From Scenedesmus sp. PABB004 (Eukaryota): 64,000 nucleotides of DNA. A program made the position numbers and the translations under genes. The notes beneath the pieces were generated by a model. The model was not told the DNA's origin and searched no databases. It was given only the letters and a program-made list of their open reading frames with translations. This document shows, in pieces, positions 24,740 to 36,800 of this stretch. Each line of letters starts with the position of its first letter. The first letter of the stretch is position 1. The stretch covers positions 62,001 to 126,000 of the forward strand of contig JABVCE010000013.1 in the NCBI GenBank assembly GCA_014905635.1. The letters are read 5' to 3'.

Positions 24740-24781
<42 letters not shown>

Positions 24782-26230
24782 GCCCGGCTGTTGCACGGCG
24801 GGCGGGGTGCCGCCACACCTTGACGGTGCGGTCGAGCGAGGCGCTGGCAAAGGTGTTGGTGTCCTTGGGGTTGAACACGACCTGCACGGCAGCAGCGGGT
24901 GGGCGGGCCGCGGGCGGCGACGCGTGTGGCGCGGGCGCCGCGAGGCCGCCGCCGCCGCGGCGCTGCTGGCTGCGTCGCGGACCCGCACCTGCATGACGTA
25001 GTGGGAGTGGCCCTCGAAGACCTGCACGCACGCCCAGGCCTTGTCCCAGTCCCACAGCTTGATGAGCATGTCGTCGCTGCTCGTCAGCAGGTAGGGCAGC
25101 GCCGGGTGCACCGCGATGCTCCTGCCGCGCGGCGCGCGCGGCCGGGTGGGCGCGCGCCGAGCGTGGCCGCGGGACCGCCCGCGCGCGCCGTCCCTGCCGC
25201 CGCCGCTGCTGCCCCCGCCTGCCGCCGTCCCCTGCTGCTCCGCCGCCGCTGCTTGCCCGCCCGCCGCGCGTGCGCACCGGATGTAGTCGCTGTGCGCCTC
25301 AAAGGTCTTGACCTTGTCCATCGTGTTGTAGTTGTACACGCGCAGCTGCATGTCGTCCGCGCCCGCGACGACCCACTGCTTGCGCGCGACAAACTTGGCC
25401 GACCGCACTGCGCGCGCGTGCGGGCGACGGGGCGGGCGGTGAGGCGCGGCGCTGCCGGCGCAGGGCGCCGCTCCCCGCGCGGGGCGCGCGCAGGGCACAC
25501 GCACGCACCCGGCAGCTCCGTGACCTCGAACGACTTGACGAGCGTCTGCGGGCGCCGCACGCGCGGGCGGGCGGGCGGGCGGATGGGCGGGCGGCGCTGC
25601 CGTCAGCGTCTGCGGACGCCGCGCGGCCACATCCGTCCGCGGCGGCCCGCCGCCGCCCGCGCAGAGGTGCGCGCACCGAGTCATTGTAGTTCCACAGGTA
25701 CACGTTGCCGTTGTAGAGGTTGGCCAGCAGCCTGCGCGCGGGGCGCGCGGCCGCGTCGGCGCGGCCCGCTCCGCCGCTCCGCCGCTCCGCCGCTCCGCCG
25801 CCAACCGCCCGCTGCTGCCGCCGCCGCGCGCCGCCGCACCAGGGCTCCGTGGGGTGGAGGTCCACGCCCTTGACGCGGTCGGTGCGCTGCACCAGCTGCT
25901 TCTGCGGGGCGGCGCCAACCGATGGCGGCGCGGCGCAGCAGCAGCGGCGCGGGCTCGGCGGCGCGCCCCGGCGCAGCGCCGCGCCCGGCGCCCCCGCGCG
26001 CCCGGCAGGAGCGGCCCAGCGCTGCGGGCCGGCGCCCCGGCATCGCCGCTGCCGCGCTGGGTGGCGCGAGCGCGCAACGACGGCGGGGGTTGGCGAGCGA
26101 TCAGCCACCCACCTTGACGTCCAGCCGCAGCGGCTGCGGGGGGCGCGGCGGCGGGCGTGAGTCGGGAGCGGGCCGTGGCGGCCTGCCGGGACGCGCTGCT
26201 GGGCGCGGGCGCGGGCGCCGGCCTCACCAT
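19876..26230 (-). CDS. COPB2: Coatomer subunit beta' (COPB2/SEC27), about 20+ exons; first coding exon is ATG only, second is 21 nt (26133-26113)
   Basis: [137 protein letters not shown], acidic C-terminal tail. Confidence 0.97.
24742..24780. repeat. (CTG)13 microsatellite inside a COPB2 intron
   Basis: Read directly from the sequence. Confidence 0.9.
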
Positions 26231-26530
26231 CTTTGCTGCTGCTCTCGCCCGCGCCCTCAGGGCCCTCCAGGCGCGCGCTGTGATGGCCAGGCCGCGCGCA
26301 GCCGTTGCAGCGAGTGAAGCCGAGGGCAGCAGCTCAATCGGCACCGCTGCCCGCTCAGCTCCGCGCGCTCTGGCTGCGCCATCGCGGCCGGGAACTCGCA
26401 GACGCGGTCGGAGTGCGCTAGCGGACGCCGTGCGCGCCGATCTCCCGCGCCCGCCCCGAGCAGCAGCGGCGCCTGGGCAGCGCGTGGCGTGCGGCGACCA
26501 GGATGCGCGCCTGAGCCCGGGCTGGGGCCG

Positions 26531-28328
26531 ATGAGGGGCATGGCGCTGCCCGCGCCCGCGCCGGGCGCGCGGGCGCTCGGCGCGCGGCCCGCCAGCGCGC
26601 CAGGGCGGCCGCTCGGCCTCGCCAGGTGCGCCCATTGGCGCGGGGGCGCCCCCGCCGCACGCCGCGGCCGAACCGGCCGCCTGCATGCGCGCGCCGCGCG
26701 GCGCCGCCGCTGCCGCCGCTGCAGCGCTGCGTCCGTCGCAGCGCGCTCACGCGCCCGCGCGCGCGCAGGCCGGCGGCGGGCAGCAGCTGTGCTGCGGCGG
26801 CGGGCGGCGCGGCGCTGCGCGGCGCCCCGCGCCGCGGCGGCGCGCACGTGCTCGAGGCGGCGGCCGCCGCGCCGCGGCCCGCGGCGCTGCCCGAGCGCCT
26901 GGAGGCGAGCAGCAGCAGCAGCGCCAGCGGCAGCAGCCCGCCCCGCCGGACGCGCAGCAGGAGCGGCCGCGGCGGCGGCGCCCCGGGCGCGGCGCCCGCT
27001 GCCGCCGCCGCCGCCGCGTCGGCGCGGCGCGAGCCCGCGGCGGTGGCCGCTCCCGCGCCGCCGGCGGGCGTGGCGCCGGAGCACCTGTCCGCGCTCCTCG
27101 TGTCGGCGGCGGGGCACGGCGCGGCGGCGGCCGCGGCCGCGGACGCGGCGGCGGCGGCGGCCGGCCTGGCGCTCGCGGGCGCGCCGCACGGCGCCCCGCC
27201 GGCGCCCGACGAGTGCGAGACCCGCACGGGGCGGCGGCTGAGCGACGCGGGGTGGCAGCTGATGCAGGCGGTGCTCGCGGCCGGCAGCTGGCAGGAGCTC
27301 GCGCGGCTGGTGGAGGCGCGGCCCGGCGACTTCAGCGCGCAGCACTGCGCCGCCGCGCTGCACCGCCTCGCGGCGCTGTGGCAGGCGCAGGAGGCGGGCG
27401 CGGGCGCGGCGCGCGGCGCGCGCGCGGAGCTGCGCCTGCAGCTGCCCGACGTGCAGGCGCTGGCGCGCGCGCTCCTGGCGGGCCTGCAGCGGCAGGCCTC
27501 GGACGCCGAGGCGCGCGACGTCGCGGACGCGCTGCAGGCGGCGGTGGTGCTGCGCCTCGCGCTCGCGGCGCCTGCCGCGGGCGAGCGGCAGCGGGGCGGC
27601 GCGGACGCCGCGCCGCGCCGCGGCGGCGCGCCTCACGCCGCCGGCGCCGGCGCCGAGGGGCTGGGCGACGCCCTGCTGCAGCGCAGCCAGGCGCTGCTGC
27701 GCGCGGGCAAGGTCAAGCCGCTGCAGCTGGCGCGCGTGTTGTGGGGGCTGACGCAGCTCGGCGTCGCCCCGGACCGCGACTGGTGGGCCGCGGCGCTGGA
27801 GGCGAGCGCGGGGCAGATGCAGGCGCAGCTGGACGCGCCGCGGCAGCACGGGGCGGCGGCGGAGCAGGAGCAGCAGCAGCAGTCGGAGCGGGGGCGCGTG
27901 CACAACCCCCGCACGCTGGCATGCATGGGCTGGGCGGTGGCCAAGCTGCGCGCCCCTGCGCCGGCGGCCTGGTGGGCGCTGTATCGCGCCGCCACCGCGC
28001 ACCAGCTGCCGGCCATGGAGCCGCGCCAGCTCGCCAACTGCGCGTGGGCGCTCGCCACGGCGCGGTCAGCGCCAGGCGCCGCGTGGATGGCGGCGTTCTG
28101 GGATGCCTCGGGCGCGGCGCTCGGCGGCTTCTCGCCGCAGGGCCTCGCCACCGTGCTGTGGGCGGCGGCGGCGCTGGGCGAGGCGCCGCCGCGCGGCTGG
28201 ATGCGCGGCTTTGGGGCAGCGAGCGCGGCGGCGATGCCGGGCTTCAGCGCGCAGCAGCTCAGCATGACGCTCTGGGCGCTCGGCCGCCTCAGCCGGGCGC
28301 GGCAGCAGGGGCGGCCGCAGGCTCAGGC

Positions 28329-28364
<36 letters not shown>

Positions 28365-28370
28365 GCAGGT

Positions 28371-28403
<33 letters not shown>

Positions 28404-29939
28404 CGAGCTCGAGCCGGACGGCGCAGAGCCGCCCTCCGCCGCGTGGGTCGACCAGGCCTGGGTGCAGCTGGCGCGCGTCGAGGGCGAGCTGCGGCCGCAG
28501 GGCCTCGCCTGCGTGCTGTGGGCGCTCGTGCAGCTGCGCGCGCCCGTGCCGGAGCAGCGGCTGCAGCAGCTGGAGGTCCTGGCGGGCGAGGTGCTGCGCG
28601 GCGCCGACCCGCAGGGCCTGGTTGTCATAACGTGGGCTCTGGGCGTGCTCAGGTGGGCTGAGCGATGGGGCGAGCCCGCGCGCCGCAGCGCCGCCCGGCG
28701 CGCCGCCCACCCGCCGCCCCTGCCGCGCCGCCGCTGCGCAGGGGCCCCGCCACGGGCCGCGCGGTTGTGCAGCGCCTGCGGCGGCACTGCCAGCACCACC
28801 ACCAGCAGCTGGCAGCGTCGCTCACGCCGCAGGGGCTGCTGATGCTGCTGCATGGCCTGGCGCGCATGCGGGCGTGGCAGCCGCAGTCCTTCAAGGATCA
28901 GCTGCTGCTGCTCGCTGACGCCACGCTGCAGCGCGGCCTGTATGACGGCAGCGGCGGCGGCGGCGGCGCGCGGACCGCGCTGCGCGCGTCGGAGCTGCCC
29001 TGCGTGCTGCTGTCGCTCACGCAGCTGCGCGTGGCGCTGCCCACGGCGCTGCTGCTGCGCTGCGAGGCGGCGCTGCTGCCGGCGCTGCCGGCGCTGCCGG
29101 CGGGCGAGCTGGCGCGCTGCGTCTTTGCGCTGGGCGGCGCGCGGCACAACCCCAGCCCGGAGTTCCTGGAGGCGGTGCTGGCCGCGCTCGACGCGCGCCT
29201 CGGCGCGTGCAGCGCTCTGGACGTGGCTCACCTGCTGTACGGCCTTGCCGCCATGGGCGGCGCAGCCGACCAGCTCGCCGCGCCCGCCCACCAGGAGCGG
29301 CTGCAGCGGCTGCTGGCGGCGGCGGAGCAGGTGCGCGCGCGTTTGCTGCGCCGGCGGCGGCGCGCCGGCAGCGCGCCGGCCTCGCCGCGGACCCGTCCCT
29401 GGCGCTGGCCCGCCGGCGCCGCCGACCCAGCGCCGCCGCCGCCGCCGCCGCTGCTGCAGGCCGTCCCGCGCATGGACCAGGCCTGCCTGGGCATGCTGAT
29501 GTGGGCGCTCGCGGCGCTCCGCCTGCGCCCCGCGGAGCCGCTGCTGCACGGCGTGCTCGCGGCCACGAGCGCGGCGCTGCCGCACATGACCCTGCTCAGC
29601 CTCACCAGCGTGCTGGCCGCGCTGCAAGCGCTCAACTACCTCCCGCCGCTCGCGTGGATGGTGGAGACCTGCAGCGCCGCGCGCGCCCGGCTCGGCGACG
29701 GCGGCGGCGCGCGGCCCGCGGCGCGGCGCGCGAGCGCGCGGCGGCTGGAGGAGGCGGTCGCCTGGTTCAACGCCGCCGTCGCGGCGCAGCAGCCGGGCGG
29801 GCCGCCGCCGGCGGGCGGCCGCGCCGGCGCGCCGCCGCCCGGCCGTGCCGGGCTGCTGCCCGGCGGTGCCAACAGCGAGGCCGTGCTCGCGGCCGCGGTG
29901 GGCGTCGCGGCGGCGGTGGCGCAGACGTGGCACCCCTGA
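26531..29939 (+). CDS. Octotricopeptide-repeat (OPR)-like helical repeat protein, probably organellar RNA-binding; about 4 exons; start ATG 26531 or 26540
   Basis: Repeats of about 38-40 aa such as [75 protein letters not shown] donors at 26626, 28653 and 29331. Confidence 0.85.
28330..28401 (+). repeat. Interrupted (CAG)n poly-Q tract in the OPR protein
   Basis: Read directly from the sequence. Confidence 0.9.
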
Positions 29940-30012
29940 CGCCGCCGGGAGGCTGCCCGCGCGGCAGTGCGCGCCTGCCGCCCTGAAAGCACTGGGCGCT
30001 GGCGGGGAGCGG

Positions 30013-30017
30013 TGTAA
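30013..30017 (+). promoter_or_regulatory. UGUAA polyadenylation signal for the OPR gene
   Basis: TGTAA about 75 nt after the stop codon. Confidence 0.6.
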
Positions 30018-30221
30018 GTTTGAAACGGAGTGCGTCTGTCGCGCACCGCCCGCCGCAAAGTAACGCAAAAACTGGGGCCGCGCCACGTTCGCGGGACGCC
30101 AACAACGCTCCCGCCGCGTGCGGCGGGGCGACACCTTATTCTCGCGGCACGCCAGCGTTCTCCGCCCAGCCGGCCAGCGCCCCGATCAGTCAGCTCGCGT
30201 CGTTGATAGTAAAAAACTGGG

Positions 30222-31201
30222 TCAGTTGACCTTGGAGAGCAGGGCGCGGTAGTCGATGTCCTTGCCGTCGGGGATGAAGCTGGCAACCTGCGACACGACC
30301 GTCAGCCCGCTGGCCTGGAGCAGCTTCTTGAGCTCCGTGCTGCCGATCTTGCCGTCGCCGTCGGAATCCAGGACGGTGCACAGTGCGTTTGCGAGGCCGC
30401 CGGCGCCCATCTGCGCGGCGCGCGGCGCGGCGGCTGGGGCGGCCGGCCCGGAGCCTCGCGCGCGGCCGGCCCGAGCCGACCCCTCAGGGCGGCTGCACGG
30501 TCGGTTTGCTGCTCTTTGCGGCGCGCGCACCTTCGCCTTGTCGGCGATCACGCCGATGTACATCACCGTGAACTCGCGCTTGCTGAGGGTGCCGTCCGAG
30601 TTGAAGTCCGCGCGTTCGAACCACTTCTTGATGTCCGCCTCTGTCCTCGTCGTGTGCTCCTGCCCGGTCGCGTTCTTCACCGCGGCGGAGAGCTCGGGGC
30701 TGTTGAGCAGGGCGACCGCCTCGGCGATGGAGAGCTTGCTGTCGCCGTCGGCGTCGTACTTGCCCCACGTGCCCAGCGCGGTGTCGACGAGCGACTTGAC
30801 CGCGCCCGCGCTCATGTTGACCGCCTGCCCCGCCTGCGCCTGCACCTGCGTGGCCGCCGCCTTGAGCTGCGGTCGGGCGGCGGCGCGGCGGCGGGTGACG
30901 GTGCTGGCGCGCGGCGGTGACGTCCAGCCTCTCCCAGCAACAAGGCTGCGGCGAGCAGCACGAGCCCGCGGGCAGCCCGCGGCGGAGCCATGTTTTGCGT
31001 CCACACCTTGTCCTGGTCGATGTTTTTGGCGGCTTCGACGCCCATCTTGAGCACGTCGGCGGCGGCCTTCAGTGCATCGCTCTTGGCGTCCCGCGCGACG
31101 ACGCAGCGGCGGCGGACGGGCGCGGGCGCCACAGCAGCAAGGGACGCGCTCCGCGGCGCGGCGCGGGCCGCGGAGGCGAGGCGGGGCTGGGCGACAAGCA
31201 T
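30222..31201 (-). CDS. EF-hand calcium-binding protein with chloroplast transit-peptide-like N-terminus, 3 exons
   Basis: EF loops DADGDSKLSIAE, DFNSDGTLSKRE, DSDGDGKIGSTE. N-terminus MLVAQPRLASAARAAPRSAS...RRRCVVAR. Confidence 0.88.
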
Positions 31202-31441
31202 GGTTGCGATCGGGGGAGGTCTGCTGTGCGCTGGAGCGGCGGGCGCGGGGAGAGATCGCGCGCGGGGGCACGGCAAGGCCAGTGGAGGTGGGGAGTGGGC
31301 GGGCTCAACCAGTCCGATGCCGCGCACGGTCCTCGCGCGCTTCGCTCGACACGGGCCGCGCGCGACCGTGGCGGTGCCGCGGCGGCGCCGACCGCGGCGT
31401 CACTAGCGCGCCGCGCCAACTGCTGCTCGCCGACCGCCGCG

Positions 31442-33453
31442 TCACGCCGCCGCCGCCGCCTCGCCCGCCGCCGCCGCCGCGTCGTCGTTATCGTCGCAGA
31501 GGCGACAGCTGAGCCGGCAGTAGACCCTGCGGCGGCAGCCGCGCTCAGCAGCACCGCCGGCGCGGTGCGCGCGCGGCGCGCGCGAGGCGCCTGCAACCCG
31601 CCGGGCGCCCCTCCCTCCCTCCCCCGGCGCCCGCGCGGCGCACCGCATGTAGCCCGGGTTCTTGTCGCACTCCCCTGCACGGCGGCAGGCCGGCGACAAG
31701 GGGCGGCCGGCTGAGCGGCCGGCCGCGCGCGGCCCGCGCGGCGGGGCGGGCGCGCGCGGCGCCGCGCCCACCCGTGCGCGCCCAGTAGCTGCAGTGCTCC
31801 GCGCCGTCGACGCAGCCCTTCCACTTGGCCGCCTGCCACGCGGCGTCCTTGCGGAACGTGTCGACGTGGATCCACTTGGTGGCGGACCACTTGGAGCCCT
31901 TTGTCGTTGGGCAGCTCCCGTGCAGCGAGTGTGGGTCCTCGGCGCCGTCCGGGGTCAGGCTGCGCGCGCGGGCGCGCGGGCGGCCACGGTGGAGGCGCCG
32001 GCGGGCGCGGCAGGCGCCGGCGACGGCGCGGCTGGCGGGGGCCGCCGCACCTGTAAAACAGCAGCGCGTCGCCCTTTATCGGCTTGTGCGCGAAGCCCTG
32101 CCGCGCGCACTCGCTCCACCCCGGCCCGCTCACGCGCAGCGCGGCGTCAACGTTGGGAAACACGGTCTGCGGCGCGGCACGGCCCCCGGCGCTGGGCGGC
32201 GGGCGGGCGGCGCCAGCGCGCGCCCCCGCTGGGCGGCGCGGCGCGGCGCGGCGCGGCCGGCTGCGTGCGCGCGGGCGGGCGCCTCGCCTCGCCGCCCTCC
32301 TCCGGCGTGGCGAGATACATCAGCACAGTCACGATGCGCTGCCCGCCCTGCTCGGGCGCCTTGTTCACGGCGTCCAAAAAGTAGTCTGCGGCCGGGCGCA
32401 GGGCGCGGCCGCGCGCAGGGCGCGGCGGCGGCGGCGGCGGCGGCCGTGGCGCGGGCGTGGCGGCGGCCGGGTAAGGGAGCGGGCGCGCGCGCCGGCCACG
32501 GCGGCGCGCGGCGGCGGCGCGCGGCGGCCGGCGCGCTCACCGTGGTGGGGCTCATACTTTTGGCCGTCGACGTAGCGCAGGACCTGCAGCCCCTCCTGGT
32601 TCTCTGCGGCCAGCGGTCGTGGCGCCGGCGGCGGCGGCGGCTCGCCCGGCCGCGCCGGGCGAGCGCCCCGGCGGCCGGCTGCGCGCGGCCGGCCGGCGCG
32701 CAGGGGCGCGCAGGGGCGCCGCGGCTGCTCCGCCGCGGCGCGGGCGACCGCCGCACCCTTGGGCAGCATCGTGACCATGGCCACGCGCTCCTCAATCGCG
32801 GCAATCACGTCGTCGCGGCCCTGGTCCAGGAAAGTCCCCGTCGAGGTGCGCACCTGCGCGGCGGCGGCCGCGTGAGGGCGCGCGGCGCGGGCGCCGTGGC
32901 CGCGCCCGGCCCGGGTCGCGCGCGCGAGCTGGGCGCGCCGCGCAGGGGGCGCCCCACACCTCGCTGCGCTCGCTCTCGCCGGTGTCGGTGTTCACGACGT
33001 CCGAGGCGGTCAGGTTGCCGCGCGACTGCGCGCCGGCGGCGGGGCGAGAGCGGGGGGGGGGGGGGGGGGGGGGGGGGCTCGGCGCGCGTGGCTCGGCGCG
33101 CGCGCACTGCTGCTGTTGCGGCGGCGGCGGCGACGGCGGCGGCGCGCAGCGCGGGTCCCCGCACAATGTCCTTGATGTGCTCGCACTCTGCGTCACTCAG
33201 GAAGCCCTTGAGCACAAACGCGCGCGGCCGCCACGTCAGCGGCACCATCTCGCCGCGCCACTCCACGCCCTGCGCGCGCGCGGCCGGGCGGCGGCGGTTG
33301 CCGCGCGCGGCGCGCGGCGGCGCTGCTCGCAGCGCGGGCCGTGGGCCGCCTGGTGCGCCGCACCTGCGTGCTGCGCCCGATGGCCAAGTTCTCGGCTGCA
33401 TTGTAGCGCGGCCACAGGAGGGCCACCAGGGCAGCCAGCACCACTCGGCGCAT
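31442..33453 (-). CDS. P4H: Prolyl 4-hydroxylase (2OG-Fe(II)) with C-terminal ShKT domain, multi-exon
   Basis: Signal peptide; LTWRPRAFVLKGFLSDAECEH, VRTSTGTFL, EGLQVLRY..GQKYEPHHDYF, GGQRIVTVLMYL, GGETVFP, SLHGSCP..KGSKWSATKWIHV; ShKT-like C..W...GECDKNPGYM..YCRLSCRLC. Confidence 0.95.
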
Positions 33454-33855
33454 CGCGCCGGCCGCGCGCTGCGGGCTCGCTCGCCGCTGCTGACGCCGCC
33501 GCCGTGGTGGCGTGCGCTGCGACGGGATGCGGCGGCACCGACCGGTGCGTCAGGCGGTCGTCTGGCAGTGCGGGGGCGCCGGCGGGGAGTGGCGGGGGTG
33601 TGCGCACTGGCCAGGGCACTTCTCGGCATGGCGAGCTCCAAACGCGCCGCGGCACAAGCGTCCACTGACGCGCGGCGTCCTGTCCGGCTGGCGAGCTCCG
33701 CGGGAGAGTGCGATCAGCGCGTGCCGGGTGTGATTTTGCTGGAGACCAGCGCGGCGCGGCCCGCGGCAGCGGCGACGCCGCCGCAGCGATCGCGGCGCGC
33801 CTGCCAGCCGGCGTGTGCGGCAAGCGGGGTGCATGGCCTGACGCTGGTGGCACAG

Positions 33856-36800
33856 ATGGCTCGGTACCGCCGCGGCGGCGGCCGGCTGCGGGCGCCGCTG
33901 GCAGCGTGGCTGGCGCTGCACCTGCTGCTGCTGCGCGCGGCCGCGCTGCCGGCCCCGGTGCCGCCGCTGACGGCGTCGCCGCAGCCGGCAGGAGCGGCCG
34001 GCAGGCCAGCCGGAGCGCCGGCGGCGTCGCGGCCGCGGCAGGGCCTGCCGTCGCGGCCGCGGCAGAGCTGCCCCGCGCTGTCGGCGCCGCTGTCAGCGCC
34101 GGGCTGCCCCTGCACCATCCACTATCACTCGGCGTTGGCGGGAGGCGGCGACAGCGGCGCCAACACCACCGCCGCTGGCGCCAACAGCACCGCCGGCGGG
34201 CCGCAGCAGCTCAACCGATGCCCCGCGGGCTTCCGCTGCAGCCCCAGCGCCGCGGCGGTGATTATGGCGGTCGGCTGGCGCGCGCCGCCGTCCGTCAACA
34301 CCACCGCCGCGGGCCTGGACGACAGTCTCGCGATCGCGACCGGCTGGGACTGGACGTGGGGCGCCGGCACCGGCGCTGGCGTGCTCGACGACGACGGCGG
34401 CCCCGGCGGGATGGCGACGGCAGCCGCGTCTAGCGGCGTGTGCGTGCCGTGCCAACTGAGTGAGCGGCGCGGCGCGCGGCACGTCACGGCTGCGCCGCGT
34501 GAGCCTCGCGCGCGCGCGTGCACTCGCAGCCGCGCCGGCTCGCCGACGGCCGCGCCCGCGCGCGTGCACCCGCCGCCGCAGCCGAGTACTGCCCTGCCGG
34601 CACCGAAGAGGAGACGTGGCTGAGCATCGTCGAATGCCAGACGCGGCTGGGCCAGGCGGCGCCCTCGGGCGGCGCCGACAAGGCGCCGGCGGAGCCGTTG
34701 CTCAGCGAGCAGGGCACGATGACGTGGTGCCGCGGCTTCAAGGCCTGCCCGCGCGGCCGCTTCTGCCCGAGCCCCTCGGTCGCGCAGCCGTGCGTCGCGG
34801 GGAGCTGGTGCCCCGAGGGCATGCTGCGCCCGCAGACCTGCAACGTGACGCGCCTGCTGAGCTGGGACCCGTTCAAGGTCGTGCGCCCCGACCCCACGAG
34901 CCTGCTGGAGCGGCTCGCCGCGTATGGCGTGCCACTCGGCGGCAACAGCTGCCCGGCCAATTCGACCACGCCGCTCACGCCTTGCCCGCCCGGTTTTTTC
35001 TGCCCCACCGAGGCCGAGCTGATCGAGTGCCCCGCCGGCCACGCCTGCCCGAGTGAGCGCGGCGCGCGGCACGGCGGGGCGGCGCGGCGCCAGGGGGCGC
35101 GGCGCGGCGGCAGGGGGCGCGGCGCGGCGGCAGGGCGCGGCGCGGCGGCGGCAGGGGGCGCGGCGCGGCTGCAGGGCGCGGCACGCGCCCAACCCCGCCG
35201 CCGCCGCCGCCGCCGCCGGCCGGCCAGGCTACTCTTCGGCGCCGGTCAAGTGCCCGCCGCTCGCGAGCTGCACGGCGCCCGGCGCCGCCGCGCCGGCGTG
35301 GTCGTGGTGGGGCCTGCTGCTGCTGCTGCTGTGCCTCGTGCTGCTGCTGGCGCTCCTGGAGTACCTGCGCGTAGCGGGGCGCCGCTCCGGCCGCGCGAGC
35401 GAGGACGAGGTGGCGCAGCTCATCGGCGCCGTGGGCTTCCAGGCGCGCGGCGCCGGGCGGCGGCGGCGCGCGCGCGCCCGCGCCGCGCGCCCGCGCCGCG
35501 CGCCACGCGCCCCCCGCTCACCGCCGCGCCGCGCCTCGCCGCGCCGGCCGCGCCGCGCAGCTGATCAGCACCCAGCAGGAGCAGTATGTGCTGCGCCGCA
35601 TCGCGCCGCCGGCGGCGCCGCCCAAGCGCGCGCAGCTGACCGCCGCGCTGCAGCGCGCCTTCTCGCGCGTGCCGCCCGGCGCGGTGCGGCCGCGCTCCGA
35701 GGACGGCATGTCGTCGGTGCGGGGCAGCCTGCGCAGCTCGGTCACGGCGCTGAGCCGCCGGCAGACGATGTCGACGCCGCACAGCAAGGGCTTTGCCGAG
35801 GCGCTGCGCAGCTCATTTGTGGCGGGCGTGTCGGGCGCGGTCTCGATCAGCCGCTCGCTGGTGTGGCGCGCGTCTGGCGGCAGCAGCAGCACCGCCGGCT
35901 CCGCGGCGGCGCTGCGGCGCGGCGCGGGCGCGGACGCGGCCGGCCGCCCGCTGGCGGAGGGGCGCGAGGAGCGGTCGCAGCTGGACCAGCAGGGACCGCA
36001 GCAGGAGCAGCAGGAGCAGCCGCCGCCGCCACCGCCACACACGGTGCTGGAGGTCGGCTCAGTCAGGGACGCCGGCGCGGCAGCGGCTGCGCCCGGCGCA
36101 GGGCTGGCGGCCGGCGCCGCAGACGGCGGCGGCGCCGGCGCCAAGCGCCCCCGCATCTCCTGGGCGCGCAGCGCGCTCGAGCGCGAGGCCGCCGCCGCCG
36201 CCGCCGTCGCCGACGACGACAGCGACGCCGCGGCGGGGCAGCCGCGCCGCCTGGAGCGCGCGCTGACGAGCGACTCGCACCTGACGGCCCTCACCGGCAC
36301 CACCAACACGCTCACCGACACGCACACCACGGCCACGGACAAAGGCGACGCCGTGCCCGCCGCGGCGGCGCTGCCGGGCGCGGCCATGGATGAGGAGGCG
36401 CCGCGGCTGACGCTCGTGTTCCGCGACGTCTGGGTGGCAGACCGGCCGCTGCGCGGCCGCTGGCTCGCGGCGGCGTGCGGGCTGCGGCGCGCGCAGGGCG
36501 TGCCGCAGCTGCGCAGCCCGAGCGAGACGGGCGCGTGGGACGGCGCGCCGGGGCCCGACGCCGCGGCGGCCGAGGCCGCCGGCGCTGCGTTCATCGTGCC
36601 GGGCGTGAGCGGGGAGTTCCGGCACAGCCAGCTGCACGCAATCATGGGCCCGAGTGGCTGCGGCAAGACGACGCTCTTGAAGGCACTCGCCGGCCGCCTG
36701 CCCGCGGCGCGCGCGTGGGGCGACGTGCGCGCCGTGCTGTGCGCGCAGGGGGCGGCGGGCGCGGACGCCCGCGGCGGCGGCGCTGCGCCGCAGGGCGAGC

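Noticed and set aside
34460..35075. Two ABCG introns with similar 5' ends (gtgagcg..cggcgcgcggcacg) as introner elements
   Set aside because: Similarity covers only about 20 low-complexity nt including the donor consensus; the intron bodies do not align.
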